The notes beneath the pieces are model-generated. The model was given only the letters and a program-made list of their open reading frames with translations, did no database searches and was not told where the DNA came from. From positions 22,111,503 to 22,175,502 of the forward strand of contig NC_069004.1 in NCBI RefSeq assembly GCF_001194135.2: a stretch of 64,000 nt of DNA. Reading direction: 5' to 3'. This DNA comes from Octopus bimaculoides. Lineage: Eukaryota. A program made the position numbers and the translations under genes. Shown here in pieces: positions 49,665 through 62,850 of the stretch (positions are counted from its first letter, which is position 1; each line of letters opens with the position of its first letter).

Positions 49665-49975
49665 ATTTAAGGACTGTCAAGTCCTCATTAAAGGCCTGTG
49701 ATATGCAGGAGACTGACTGGGAGAGCAATACCTGTCATCGCCACAGATAGAGGAAGCAGGTTAAGGAGGGGGTCAACACCTTTGAAAAAGCACATATTCA
49801 TGAAGAATTTAAGCATGCTGCTCGAAAGTGCACTGCTAGCATAGTGAATGGGGAAAGTTTGCTCTTTAGCCACCAACGGAGCTGCAAATGCAAAATATAA
49901 GTTGGTCCTAGAGCGCACGATATTCCTAAAGGTCAGCAATGGTCTTCCTCAGTCATGAGTGGACGGCCATCATGT
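49665..49975 (+). mobile_element. RTE-BovB-like LINE 3' end
   Basis: KSSLKACDMQETDWESNTCHRHR*RKQVKEGVNTFE, followed by GCAATGGTCTTCCTCAGTCATGAGTGGACGGCCATCAT tail. Confidence 0.65.
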
Positions 49976-50376
49976 ACATATATATGTATGTACGTACATA
50001 TGTATGCATGTATGTATGTATGTATAATCATTTTAATGTCTACTTTTCCATGCTTGCATGGATCAAGTGGAATTTGTTGAAGCAGATTTTCTATGGCTGG
50101 ATCCCTTCCTGTTGCCAACCTTTTTCCAAGCAAGGTAATATTTCCCCTTGACAGGAAATGAACACCTTTACTTACATGGCAGTGATGCTCACCTACAACA
50201 ACAGCAAAGACAAAGTGATGCACAGACACAACAGACTTCTTTTTAGTTTCTATCAACCAGATCTACAGACAAAGATTTGGGTTGGCCTAGGGCTCTAGCA
50301 GAAAAAACTTAACCAATTTTACACAATATAACTAATATCAAAAACCTATGTCCACCCTTTCTTAAAGAGTTGTAGA

Positions 50377-50640
50377 ACAGGGGTTGTCAACCGTTTATTA
50401 TCTATGAACCCCTTTGGTTACTATTTTATTCTAGTGGACTCCCATAGCCATTTGGTGTTTAAAAACTAGTTTTATAGATAGTTCTTTCAAAATTCCTATT
50501 TTGTTCATCGCTTATTAACTTAAAGAAACCTAGCTGTTTCTTGTAATAAATACCAATACATACATCTAAAGCAAATTCTTTTTTGGTGGGGGGCTTAAAA
50601 TACTTTTGTGGATCCTCGAAAAATCTTATATAGACCTTGG
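50377..50640 (+). mobile_element. Possible hAT-type MITE, truncated by the TTAA MITE
   Basis: Starts CAGGGGTTGTCAAC (hAT-like); its right end is obscured by the insertion at 50641. Confidence 0.35.
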
Positions 50641-50839
50641 TTAACCCTTTATTATTTAGATTACTTTGTCAAAAGTGAAGTTTATTTATTCACATTTTTA
50701 AAAATTAATCATGTATTATCTTGTGGCTTTGAGAATTTGAGGTTGTGATTATTTATTTTTAGATTACCATTGTAACATGTGAGAAGTCAGATCTGGCTGA
50801 TTGGGCCAGATATAGTTGGTTTGAATGCTAAAGGGTTAA
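50641..50839. mobile_element. TTAA-flanked piggyBac-like MITE
   Basis: TTAACCCTTT at 50641 and AAAGGGTTAA at 50830-50839. Confidence 0.8.
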
Positions 50840-50894
50840 ATTTTTCTATGGCTATGGGCTTGGGCTAGCTGCAGCCCGTATTCAGGACATTTAC

Positions 50895-51460
50895 TGTCCT
50901 TGATTTCACAGATGACATCGCACTCATCTCATATACAAACACAGATGCTTAAACTTTCCTTACAAACCTGAAGTCAACTGCCACTGAAGTTGATCTCTCA
51001 ATGAATTGTTCAAAGACAAAGACCATAATCATTGGTGAAACTGCTGGTGTGGATGATCTTACATTTTCACTGGGGTCCATTGAGTCAGTTGTTCATTTTG
51101 TGACTTGGGTCCTCATATTCCCTCTTTCAGCACAAATGTTAACATTCATAAAGTGATAACATGGTCAGCATCCGACAAGCCATGGAAAATTTGGAAAATG
51201 CAACAGTCATGTGACCTAAAACGACACCTGTTTTGTGCCACAGTAGATTCTGTTCTCCTCTATGGTTTTGAACGCTGGTGTTTCACAGTGGACTAACAGC
51301 AATCATTAGACAGTAAATACACTCAACTTCTGTGCAAGACCTTTAACATCTCTTATGCCAACCATATATCAAACAAGTGACTATAAGGATCTATACTGCC
51401 TGTCATCCTGATAATTAAACAAAAACAGCTACAATTCACAGGTCATCTTGGTTGGTGTTT
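50895..51460 (+). mobile_element. Decayed RTE/RTEX-like RT C-terminal fragment
   Basis: LDFTDDIALIS, MNCSKTKTI, LFCATVDSVLLYGFERW, QKQLQFTGH. Confidence 0.75.
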
Positions 51461-51758
51461 GTCAGATGATGTCAGAGATGAAAGGGGTGATAAATGACAT
51501 TTGCTCCATTAATTTTACATCAAGATGAGAGCTTTGGGGCAAATTGGCCAACAGTTGGAATTCAACTTGGGACTGAAACAATAGAATGATTGCATTACAG
51601 AATTAATTCTCATCCATCCTTAACCTCTGATCAAACACCACTAGGTGTTTATTATAGATGTATCATAGTCATGCTATTTAGCCGTCTTTAGCCCTCCACA
51701 GGAGCTAGCTTAACAGTACGCATGGATTGCTGCTTTTAAGCTAGTATGTAATATGTAT

Positions 51759-51808
<50 letters not shown>

Positions 51809-52468
51809 ATAAGTTTCGGCCAGTACTGGCTCAGGCCATGCCTAACTTAATAGCACCACCAGAGTGTGTGTGTATATATGTGTGTATGTACGTGTGTGCA
51901 TGTATATACATACACACATAGACATGCATACATATATGTACATACATTCATATATAAATATAGGCACATTCACGTGTGTATGTGCATGTATATGTATACA
52001 TACATACATATACACATAGGCACATATAATATACAATTAGATGTAATGTTCATATAATATACACACAAATACATATACATTATATAATATGTGTGTGTGT
52101 ACAGAAGGAAATATGGTTACTGGTAATAAAATCACAATAAGATTCCAGTTGTAGTAAACATTAGCCCTAACAGTTGAACTCTTGCTTTTAGCATTACTGT
52201 TGAATTCCAAGTTGGCTTTGATTGGCCAAGCCTGGAATCAAAAGCATTCCAACCATGACCATCTCATATTGTTTCCTCTTGACACAGGAAATTTGGCTAC
52301 TATTTCTGGCAGGACAATGAACCACATAAAACAATACCTTTACAAGTTTACCATTCTGACTGTCCCCCACTGCCATCACCACTCACATATGTAAGACATA
52401 TTTAGTCAGCTAACTGCAGTCAACCCATGCAAGCATGGAAAGATTTTGAAATGATGATGACACACGGG

Positions 52469-52528
<60 letters not shown>

Positions 52529-52579
52529 NNNNNNNNNNNNNNNNNNNNNNNNNNNNNNNNNNNNNNNNNNNNNNNNNNN

Positions 52580-52651
<72 letters not shown>

Positions 52652-52982
52652 TATATATAAGCACAAGAACATATTACACAGCCACATATTCATGTAGCCA
52701 TCTTTCAGACAATGCCATAGGGAATATTACCCTAACAGGCCTGTTCCGGAACACATTGAATGAGGAGAACTTATTTAGATAAAGTGGTGTGGGTAGTTTA
52801 ACATATAACACTGACCCTGGTCAGGACACTAAACCATAGTGGGAAATATCTGGTAAGCTACTCCCATGTCATGTGACCAATGCCCCAAATTCTGGTTTCA
52901 ATTTTGGCCTTCAAGTTTTAAACTGTTAATACTCTTTGGAAAAAGGCATTAAAAATAAATAAAAAAAGAAACCAAAAGCATA

Positions 52983-53362
52983 AACATGACTGCATGGTAA
53001 GAAGTTTAGTTCACAACCATAGAGTTCTGGGTTCAAATCCCACTGTGTTGTGTATTGGCAAATGATTTCTGCTATAGTCCTGAACCGTCCAATCCTTTGC
53101 AAGTAAATTTGACAGAAAAAAAAACTTGCCAAAACCCATTGTCTATTCATGTGTGTGTACACGTGAATGTTTTTCCCTTACAGCTTGACAACTGGTGTTG
53201 GTTTGTTTACATTCCCACAATTTAATAGTTTGACAAAAAGATGCTGATAGAATAAGTACCAAACTTAAGAATATGCACTGGAAATAATTTGATCAACTGA
53301 AACCTTCAAGATAGTGCCACAGCATGGCCACAGTCCAATGATCAAAACAAGTAAAACAATAA
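52983..53362 (+). mobile_element. SINE family A, degraded full length
   Basis: Head, short (TG) tract and tail modules. Confidence 0.7.
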
Positions 53363-54112
53363 AATAATATACTGTTCTTTACACATGCACACAGTCATAA
53401 AGCACAAGTGCACACACATACACACACACATGTGCACACACACACACACACACATGTGCACACACACACACGCACACACATACACAAAGCTCAAACACCT
53501 GTACATTTCAAGTTTTGTGCTTGCTCATATATGGAAAAAAAAGTTGGTTGAAAGCCAAGTTTACATCACATTACATAATGCTACACCATGTTACATGACA
53601 CCACCCTGGCCCACCCCACAGAACACGACACCATCATCACCATCGTCACCACACTGCACACAAAGTAACGTGCTAGACAGAGCAATGTATGTTATCATAT
53701 GACCTGCTAGAAATAACAGCTAAATCTTAAAATCACACCCAAAATTTTTGAAGAAAATAGGACACGTTAATATGGCCCTAGATTATGACATAGGGAAAAG
53801 ATGAGATGGTCATGGTTTGAAGGCCTTTGATGAGAGATCTGTTTAATCAGAGTTGGTCTCATTGACCAGGAGATAAACATCATTATACTGAACTGTATTA
53901 GAGAACACAAAACATAAGGATAGACAACTACCCCTGCCGACATCACAGCATCACATCACCAAGTTCAATCACTTGCCATCACAACAAAATCACACCACCA
54001 CAATCACCATCTCCGTCACCTTCATAATCTCACAATATCCATCATACTGTCAGATATCACATGTTAGACCACATCACTAACATTCCCTTCACTTTATTGG
54101 CTTCTGCTGTAC

Positions 54113-54148
<36 letters not shown>

Positions 54149-54163
54149 ACTCTGTGTTTAAAT

Positions 54164-54195
<32 letters not shown>

Positions 54196-54385
54196 GATGT
54201 GTCAGTGCGTGTGTAATATTCAGTATCGTTAATCAATAAAAATCAGATAACATCAACCATTTAGTCATGATGGGACATTACACTATTAGTAGAGTAAAAT
54301 TTATTTATCACATTAAAATTGACTAAGACTTAAAATTTCACCTTAACTTATTCAATACATATTTACACACACACATATATATATA

Positions 54386-54542
54386 AGGTGTGGCTGTGTG
54401 ATGAGAGGCTTGCTTCCCAACCACATGGTTCCAGGGTCAGTCCCACTGCGTGACACCTTAGGCAAGTGTCTTCTACAATGGCCTCGGGTCAACCAATGCC
54501 TTATGAGTGGATTTGGTAGATGGAAACTGAAAGAAGCTTGTC

Positions 54543-54574
<32 letters not shown>

Positions 54575-54744
54575 TTGTCTCCTAGTACCACTTGACAACC
54601 ACTTGCCATAACTTAGCAGTTCAGCAAAAGAGGCTGATAGACTAAGTATCAGGCTTAACAAAGAGTAAGTACTGGGGTGTATTCATTTGACGAAAAAAGA
54701 ATGCTCCAGTATAGTCACAGTGTAATGAGTGAAAGAAATGAATA
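54386..54744 (+). mobile_element. SINE family A, full length
   Basis: Head, (TG)n and tail modules, ending at an N-gap. Confidence 0.8.
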
Positions 54745-55422
54745 NNNNNNNNNNNNNNNNNNNNNNNNNNNNNNNNNNNNNNNNNNNNNNNNNNNNNNNN
54801 NNNNNNNNNNNNNNNNNNNNNNNNNNNNNNNNNNNNNNNNNNNNNNNNNNNNNNNNNNNNNNNNNNNNNNNNNNNNNNNNNNNNNNNNNNNNNNNNNNNN
54901 NNNNNNTATATATATACAAAGCAGATAATAGATACACATGTACTTCACAGTACACATGTCAACTCATCTAAAAACAAGGTACTTTTCATTGAAAGGAATA
55001 GAAAAATCTCGAATATATAACCCAGAGCATACATACATACACAAAACACATATTTCTGTGAGTATTTGTGTGTGTGTGCTATCATGTATCCACACATTGA
55101 ACACTTATACAATACACACAAATACATGTGTTTATATACACACATCTGCATCAATTCCATTCATACAAATATCACTGTGCAAACACATCTACACTCGTAC
55201 TAATACACCTTCATGCCGAGAGCTACAGACACACACAAACACACTTATACCTCTACATACTCATGCACACAAACCAGTACATCTACACCTATGCACACAC
55301 AGACACTGAACTAAACACATCTATACCTGAATACTCAGCTATACTTATAGAGACAAACATGCGTGCAAACACCTATACTTAGATAAACCCATACACACTC
55401 GAATACATATATCTACATACAC

Positions 55423-55453
<31 letters not shown>

Positions 55454-55479
55454 GAGAGAGAGAAAGATATATGCATGTA

Positions 55480-55560
<81 letters not shown>

Positions 55561-55561
55561 G

Positions 55562-55606
<45 letters not shown>

Positions 55607-55612
55607 TATATA

Positions 55613-55987
55613 TCTTTTCTCTTTTACTTGTTTCAGTCACTGCCTTCAAGAATTTTTAGTCGAATGCATTGACCCCAGTACTTACGTTTTGTTAAGTCTG
55701 GTACTTATTCTATCAGTCTCTTTGTCAAACTGCTAAGTTATGGGGACATAAACACGCCAACACCAGATGTCAAGCAGTGGCGGGGTCAAAGACAGACAGA
55801 CACACACACACACACATATATACAGCAAGCTTTTTTTCAGTTTCCATCTACCAAATCTACTCACAAGGGTTTTGGTCGGACCAAGGCTTTAGTAGAAGAC
55901 ATTTGCCTAAGGTGACACACAATGGAACTGAACTAGGAACTATGTGGTTGGGAAGCAAGCTTCTTATCACAAAGCCACACCTGCACC
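55613..55987 (-). mobile_element. SINE family A, full length
   Basis: Tail-rc, (CA)n and head-rc. Confidence 0.8.
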
Positions 55988-57210
55988 AATATATATAAAT
56001 ACACACACACACACACACACAATCTAACTTTTTTCAGGAAATACAAAGATAACAACAACAGCAACAAGTGTTCTACATATTCGGTACTTACCCACAATCT
56101 GCTTAACATTATTGTTGTTTTGTTGTCCAATTATATTAATTTGTTTCTCTCCTACTTTCCTTCCTAGTAGGTAAAGGTGTTGTGATTTTGCCCACTTCCA
56201 CTGTATGTGTAGGGTTTTGGGGTTTCTTTTTTGTCTTTTTATGATCCAAGAAATGTCAAAATTGTCAAAATCCAATGACACACCCACTAATCCAAGTAAC
56301 TGCTAAACTGACTGTCCAAGACCAGGTGACTGACCAGCGCAACTGAACCCCAAGTATGTAGGTGTGTATATGTGTGAGTGTATGCATAAGTGTGTGTGTG
56401 TGTATAGTTCTAATAGTTTAATAATGCTACTGTAAATGATGATGATGATGATAATTATAATGATAATTGGAAAAAGTAATAATGTTATTAGTATCAATAA
56501 TAATTTGTAAAAATAAAAAGTAATAAGAATAATAATGCAAATGATGCCACTGGGGGTTTCCTATAGAGGCATGTTGCCACAGTGTGATGGGATGTTGAGG
56601 TTTTCATGCTTTTCTCAGCTTCATTAAAGATCATATAATGCATTAAAAATAATAAAAATCTAAAGAAAGAAAACAGAAAAAAATCCAATACCACAAAGTC
56701 CCGGCAATTCCATGCAAAGGAAACTCGGAAACTGGAAGGGAGACGATGGGCAGTCGAAGGTCGTGGACTCGGCTTTGGTAAATGACAACGACAACAACAA
56801 TGCTGACGATGACAACAACAACAATGATAATAATAATAATAATAACAATATGGACTTCCGGGTGATAATAAGCTATACTAATGATGTTGATGGTGACAAT
56901 GATTGATAGTGATGAGGGTAGTGCTGGTAATGTAAATAGTGCAGTGATGCAAAACACGAGCAGATGCACTTCAATGTGCAAGCATGTTCATTGATGAGAG
57001 AGAAATCGGAAGGCGGCAGAATTTGAAGGAAAAAAGAAAAGTGAAAATAAAAAACAAGTTAAGAATGACAAGCTGGGGAAAGTGAGAAAGTAAGAAATGG
57101 GGAGAGAAAGAAAGGGAGAATGGAAGAATACGAAGGAGAAAACAAACGAGAAATAAAGAATGAAAGAAAAAGGAAGGAAACTGGAACGAAGAGGAATGAA
57201 AGTGACAGAA

Positions 57211-57245
<35 letters not shown>

Positions 57246-58439
57246 AGAAATAAGAAATAACCACTAATAAATATCTAAAATGTGCAGTTGCATATATAAG
57301 ATGCGCTGTTTGCACTGCTGTGTGTTATTGATTGATTGATTCTGCTGGTTTCACCTTCATCTCTTTCTTCCTAGTTTTCATTAAATGAATGAAAAGTGGT
57401 AGTGGGAGGAGGAGGAAGTACAATAGTGTAGTAATAGTGGTAGTAGTAAGAGAGGAAAGTAGTAGTAGTAGTAGTAGTGTTGGTGTTGATAAGGACAGTA
57501 ATAGTAAGTGTAGGAGTGGATACAGTGTGTAAGTAGTAGTAGTAGTAGTAGTGATGGTGATGGTTAATGGTAACAGTTATGGCAGTAGCAGGCAAGAGAG
57601 GAAGGATGAGGGGCATTAGATGATGAAGAGAGGGAGAGGGAGGGGGGGGGAAGTGAGAAGAGAAAGGAAAGAGAAAAGAAAAGAAGCAGTCAGACCGGCC
57701 AGCATTATTTGGACAGAATTGATAGCACAGTGGTCAAAATACCTGATGGAAGATAGTTGTGTTCCTTTTTGTCCAGTGTTCAATATCTGCCACTGTTGAC
57801 ATTTCATCCATTCAGGGACAATGAAGCAAGTTATTTTATTTTTGTATTTGGCTTACGAGATTCTTGGTGTGAACTCATATGTTGAAACAGATTTTGTTGT
57901 TCTTTGGGAGGGTCATTATGTCAATAATAAACGCACACTGACTGTTTTTCACATTTTCATTATTCATCATTTGGTTATTTAACCAATTGATTGCTTAATT
58001 AACCATTTGGTTAATCAATCAATCAGCTGTGTATGCCAGTCCTTTCATCCACTTCAGTGACATGCTCTCTCACTACTCCAGATCAGCTTCAGGACTGTCT
58101 GTCCTTCAGTTTTAGGTTCTATATTTATGTAGTTGTATGGTTAATCAAACAACAGATTAATTAGTTGGTTAAATAGCTAACTAATTGATGAATTATAAAG
58201 AAGTGAAATTGAACCAGTGCATGAGTTTATTGTTGGATTAGTGACTCTCCCAAGATACAACAAAACTGTTATTTACTTGCTCTGATCTAGTTGACAATAT
58301 AATTCCTTTCTCTATAGATTTGTAGATCCAATCTTATGCTGTTTAACATCAGATCAGCCCTGATCTTCCAACCATGACCATCCACCAACCACAACAAAAT
58401 TGAGATCTTAAAACCAAGGCTCTACATAAAAAAGCTTTG

Positions 58440-58697
58440 GTGTGAGTGATGGTGTCACATAAAAAGCACTGGTGCTGGTGCCACACAAAAAGCACTGGTG
58501 ATAGTTTTACATAAAACACATCCAGTACACTCTGTAAAGTGGTTGATGTAAGGAAGGGCATCCAGCTGTAAGAACCAAGCCAAAACAGACCATGGAGCCT
58601 GGTGCAGCCTCTGGCCTTGCCAGTTACTGTCAAGCCATCCAACCCATGCCAGCATGGAAAACGAATGTTAAATGTTGATGATCATGATGATGATGAT
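58440..58697 (+). mobile_element. Family D repeat with (GAT)n tail
   Basis: CCAGTACACTCTGTAAAGTGGTTGATGTAAGGAAGGGCATCCAGCTG..GCATGGAAAACGAATGTTAAATG..GATGATGAT. Confidence 0.75.
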
Positions 58698-60310
58698 ATT
58701 GGTATATAAGGGTCTACAATGTGCCAAATAGGCTGTGATTACTAGTAGGTAAGGAGCAGCCATGAAGGGACTCACTTAGCTTGACAATTACCATTATAAT
58801 TAGGTTGGGAGATGGCAAAAAATGTAAATAAAAAAATTCTGCAATATTCAGTCTACAGCTTTTTTACATTAGGGGTTCAAATCCTGCTTAGATCAACTTT
58901 ACTTTTCATCCTTACAGATTCAATAAAATGTTATGGTTGACATAATTGCTCCCACTCCAAATCAAATTTCTAGCCTTGTGCTCATATAAGAAATCAATAC
59001 TGTACCCCTTTATTTTTCAAGTTCAAACCCCATCAGAGGAGGAATCAACTTTGTCATTAAAAAAGAAGTAGATTGATGGAATCGGTAGAGCCCTGGGCAC
59101 AAGACCTTGGGATATTTTGTGTTAGCATTTTACATTCTTTATTCAAGTCCTGCTGAAATCCGTTTTGCTTTCCATCCCTCTGGGGTCATGTAACTAATCA
59201 ATTACACACATTCCCTCAAATGTGACCCTGTTATCTGAAAGCAAGAACTTTCTTTTCCAGCCAAATCTTAACAAGTTCTTAAGTACCACTCAAAGAGGAA
59301 GTGTTTGTCCTGGGTGAGGAGTGCTGCTCTTAACCTAGTATGTCTGTAGAAAGGTGGTGAATATGGTTAAATGAAGGGGGCTTGAACTTACGGTTAGTTT
59401 GAGAAAATAGCATGAAAGGGCTATTTTCTTTTTTGGTAGACAAGGTATTTTGGGAATTTATGTGGAATTCCCAGATTGGTTCTTGGTAGTGGGGGTCCTA
59501 TTCAGACACACACAATGAGGTAAGCCAATGAGAGTCAATAATGGAACCTCTCTAACTTGCCTAAAATAACAACCAAATTCCATAAAATCACATACAACTG
59601 CTTTGAAAGTGGAAAGATACAGGATGGTCATGGTTAGCATATCTTTGGCCAGGGACCACTTAAATTAAGACAGATCATGGGCTAAACAAGACATAATCAG
59701 TCTTCATGAATTCCTCTTTTCTAACCATTATTCTTTGTGATTCTAAAAGAAATTATCATTAATGTTTCTTCTAAACTTTGTAGCTTTGTGCCTATATTAA
59801 AAAATCAACATTACAAGCATGACCAGTGGAAATTTCACAGTGTAAGTCAACATATTTGAATATCTACCAACATATGTATCAATATGGATAAACATTTAAA
59901 CTAGTAATAAAAAAATATATAATAGCAGTGCCCCAGTATGGCCACAGCTTTTGGTCTGGGACACATAAAAGATAAAAGTGTAACATCCACAGCAATTTGC
60001 AAAGGTTATTTCACTTCAATTTATCTACCTGTTGATATATCTTTTTTTAAATTTATAGATCTTCCTGACATTGTTTCAGTACATTAAATATTTTGAGTGC
60101 ACCTGCCATTTGAACACACAAATGCAGAATAATATAGTTCTTCTCTCTCTTTCTGTTTCTCTTTCCATTTTTCACTGACTGCACTATTTTCGTTTCTCTC
60201 CTTGTCTCCACTTCTTCCTCCTCCTCTCTCTTTGTATATCTTTCTCCATTTAAGTTATTACCTTCCTTGGCATAAAACAGCCAGACTTCAGGAACAAGCA
60301 TAATAATATT

Positions 60311-60525
60311 GGTTTCAAATTTTGGCACAAGACCAGCAAGTTCAGGGGAAGGGCAAGTTGGTTACATTGACCCCAATGCTCAACTGATACTTATTTCATC
60401 AACCTTGAAAGGATGAAAAGCAAAGTCAATCTCTGCAGAATTTTGAACGCAGAACATAAAGATACACAAAATACCGCAAAGCATTTTGCCCAGTGTGCTA
60501 ACCATTCTGCAAGCACACCATCCTA
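60311..60525 (-). mobile_element. Nin-domain-type SINE (family B)
   Basis: Same module as 18235. Confidence 0.8.
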
Positions 60526-60559
60526 ACAAGCAGAATAATATTATAATTATTTGGTGTGC

Positions 60560-60603
<44 letters not shown>

Positions 60604-60936
60604 ATCCCCCATGCAAATTGCAAACAAGTGTCGCCATCATGCAAGCAGTGTCTTTTATTTGCATTCTTCTTTGAAAACATATCTGGCAATTGTGCTGTTT
60701 GTCTTCATAAGACATATGAAATACTGCCATACTTGAAAACACATGAGTGTTGGCAACAGGAAAAGCATCCAATCAAAGAAAATCAACTTTCATGAATTTC
60801 ATCTGACTGAGACAAGCAGAGAAATATATAAATATTTTGCTGAAGAACCAGAGAAATACAATAAAACCAAAACTTACTTTGTGGTATTTATATATCAGCA
60901 ACAAAGGCAGTATTAATACCAAGAGATAATATTGAT

Positions 60937-61145
60937 CCCACTTAAAAGTGGATGTTCTATTAGAGCAAACTTTACTGTGGTAGTTGCCATGAGAAAAACT
61001 CTTGCATTGCATTTTTGGTGCAAAATGCACTAAAAAAAAACAAGAGTGCATTTTGCACCAAAAAAAAAAACCCAACAAAAGAGTTTCTCTCATGGCAACT
61101 ACTGCAGTAAAGTTTGTTCTGATAGAACATCCATATTTAAGTGGG
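60937..61145. repeat. Near-perfect 209-bp fold-back (MITE-like palindrome)
   Basis: Outer arms 60937-61003 / 61079-61145 (60 of 67 identical); inner perfect 20-bp arms 61012-61031 / 61045-61064; 13-nt loop. Confidence 0.9.
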
Positions 61146-61358
61146 GATAGATATTACCCCTTTTATTCTACTCTTGCTGCATAGACAATCCCTTGTCACA
61201 TTCACCATTAAAAATACATTGAACCAGTGACTAGCCTTTTGGAACTCTATAACAAATGATTATTATTATTTACATTTTATTTTATATTGTGTACTTTGTG
61301 AATAAGTACTGGGGTACTTAAGGCTCCAAAATTTGTGACTCTTAGCCTCAGTTAAATA

Positions 61359-61660
<302 letters not shown>

Positions 61661-62850
61661 AAGGCAACAAGTTGGCAGAATCATTAGCATGCTGGACTAA
61701 ATGCTTAGCAGTACTTCACCCGTCACTACATTCTGAGTTCAAATTCCACCGAGGTCAACTTTGCCTTTCATCCTTTCAAGGTCAATAAATTAAGTACCAG
61801 TGAAACACTGGGGTTGATGTAAATGACTAGTTCCCTCCTCACAAATTTCAGGTCTTGTGCCTTTAGTAGAAAGGATTATTATTAATATAATTATTATTGT
61901 TATGTTGTGAGTTTGAATATCTCATCACCAATAATGTTATGATGATGTTGGGGTGTGCACAAGGGTGTTGAACAGTATTACCCAAATAAATATTTGGATA
62001 TGGTTATCTAGAATAACCTTTTGCAGAATTAATATGTTCAAACAGAATGTACTCCACACTATGCCAAATCTAGATACGATATTAACTAACACAATAATCC
62101 AATAGGAACGATCAATGCTCTCAAGTGCCTGCATTCAACTACTCAACAGTTCACACAGTTTCTTTATCTTATTGAAATGCGTCAATTCACTTTTGGTCAG
62201 GTGGGAGTGGTCAGGATCCTTGCACAACAATTGGTGGTGGTGGTAGAATTGTTAGCAAGCTGGGTGAAATGCTTAGCTGTATTTCATCTATCTTTATGTT
62301 TTGAGTTCAAATTCTGCTGGAGTTGACTTTGCCTTTCATCCTTTTGGGGGTCAATAAAATAAGTACCAGTTGAGCACTGGGGTCAATGTAATTGACTTAC
62401 CCCCTCCCCTGAACTTGTGTCAAAATTCGAAATTATTATTAAGGTGATGATTCTGCAAAGGTTGACCTCGCTCTTCATCCTTTCATGATTAATAAATCAA
62501 GTACCAGTTAAGCACTGGGATCACTGTGACTGACTAGTCCCCTCCCACAAAGATTTTAGGCCTTGTGCCTATAGTAGAAAGATGGATCAGCATCATCATC
62601 ATCAGTGGTGGTAGTGGTGGGGTGGAGGTAAGCTGACAAACTCATTAGTCTAACCCTAACCCTATTGAAAAAGCGTTTAGTGGCATATCTTCTGGTTTTA
62701 CGCTCAGAGTTCAGATTCCACTAAAGTCAACTTTCCTTTTCATCCTTTTGGGGCTAATCAAATAAGAACCAAGTGTAGGAGGAGGGGGGATCGATGTAAT
62801 CAACCTTATACCTTCCCTCAAAATTTCTGATCTTGTACCAAAACTTAAAA
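61661..62850 (+). mobile_element. Cluster of four same-orientation Nin-domain-type SINE copies (about 61661-61876, 62232-62432, 62440-62581 partial, 62622-62850)
   Basis: Each contains GAGTTCA(A/G)ATTC..CTTT(G/C)CCTTTCATCCTTT..AAGTACCAG-type modules. Confidence 0.8.

Noticed and set aside
56135-56176. Plus-strand pyrimidine tract + TAGTAG|GTAAAG, ratchet-like
   Set aside because: Antisense to ERC, weaker donor, and no plus-strand gene is supported in the window.
56024-56287. 87-aa minus ORF with a GTAAGT donor near 56090
   Set aside because: No convincing acceptor and no similarity to ERC or any protein I recognise.
60053-60328. 91-aa minus ORF with an acidic/basic stretch (KREEEEEVETRRE)
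   Set aside because: Starts inside a SINE end, derives from a CT-rich tract, and lacks splice signals or homology.
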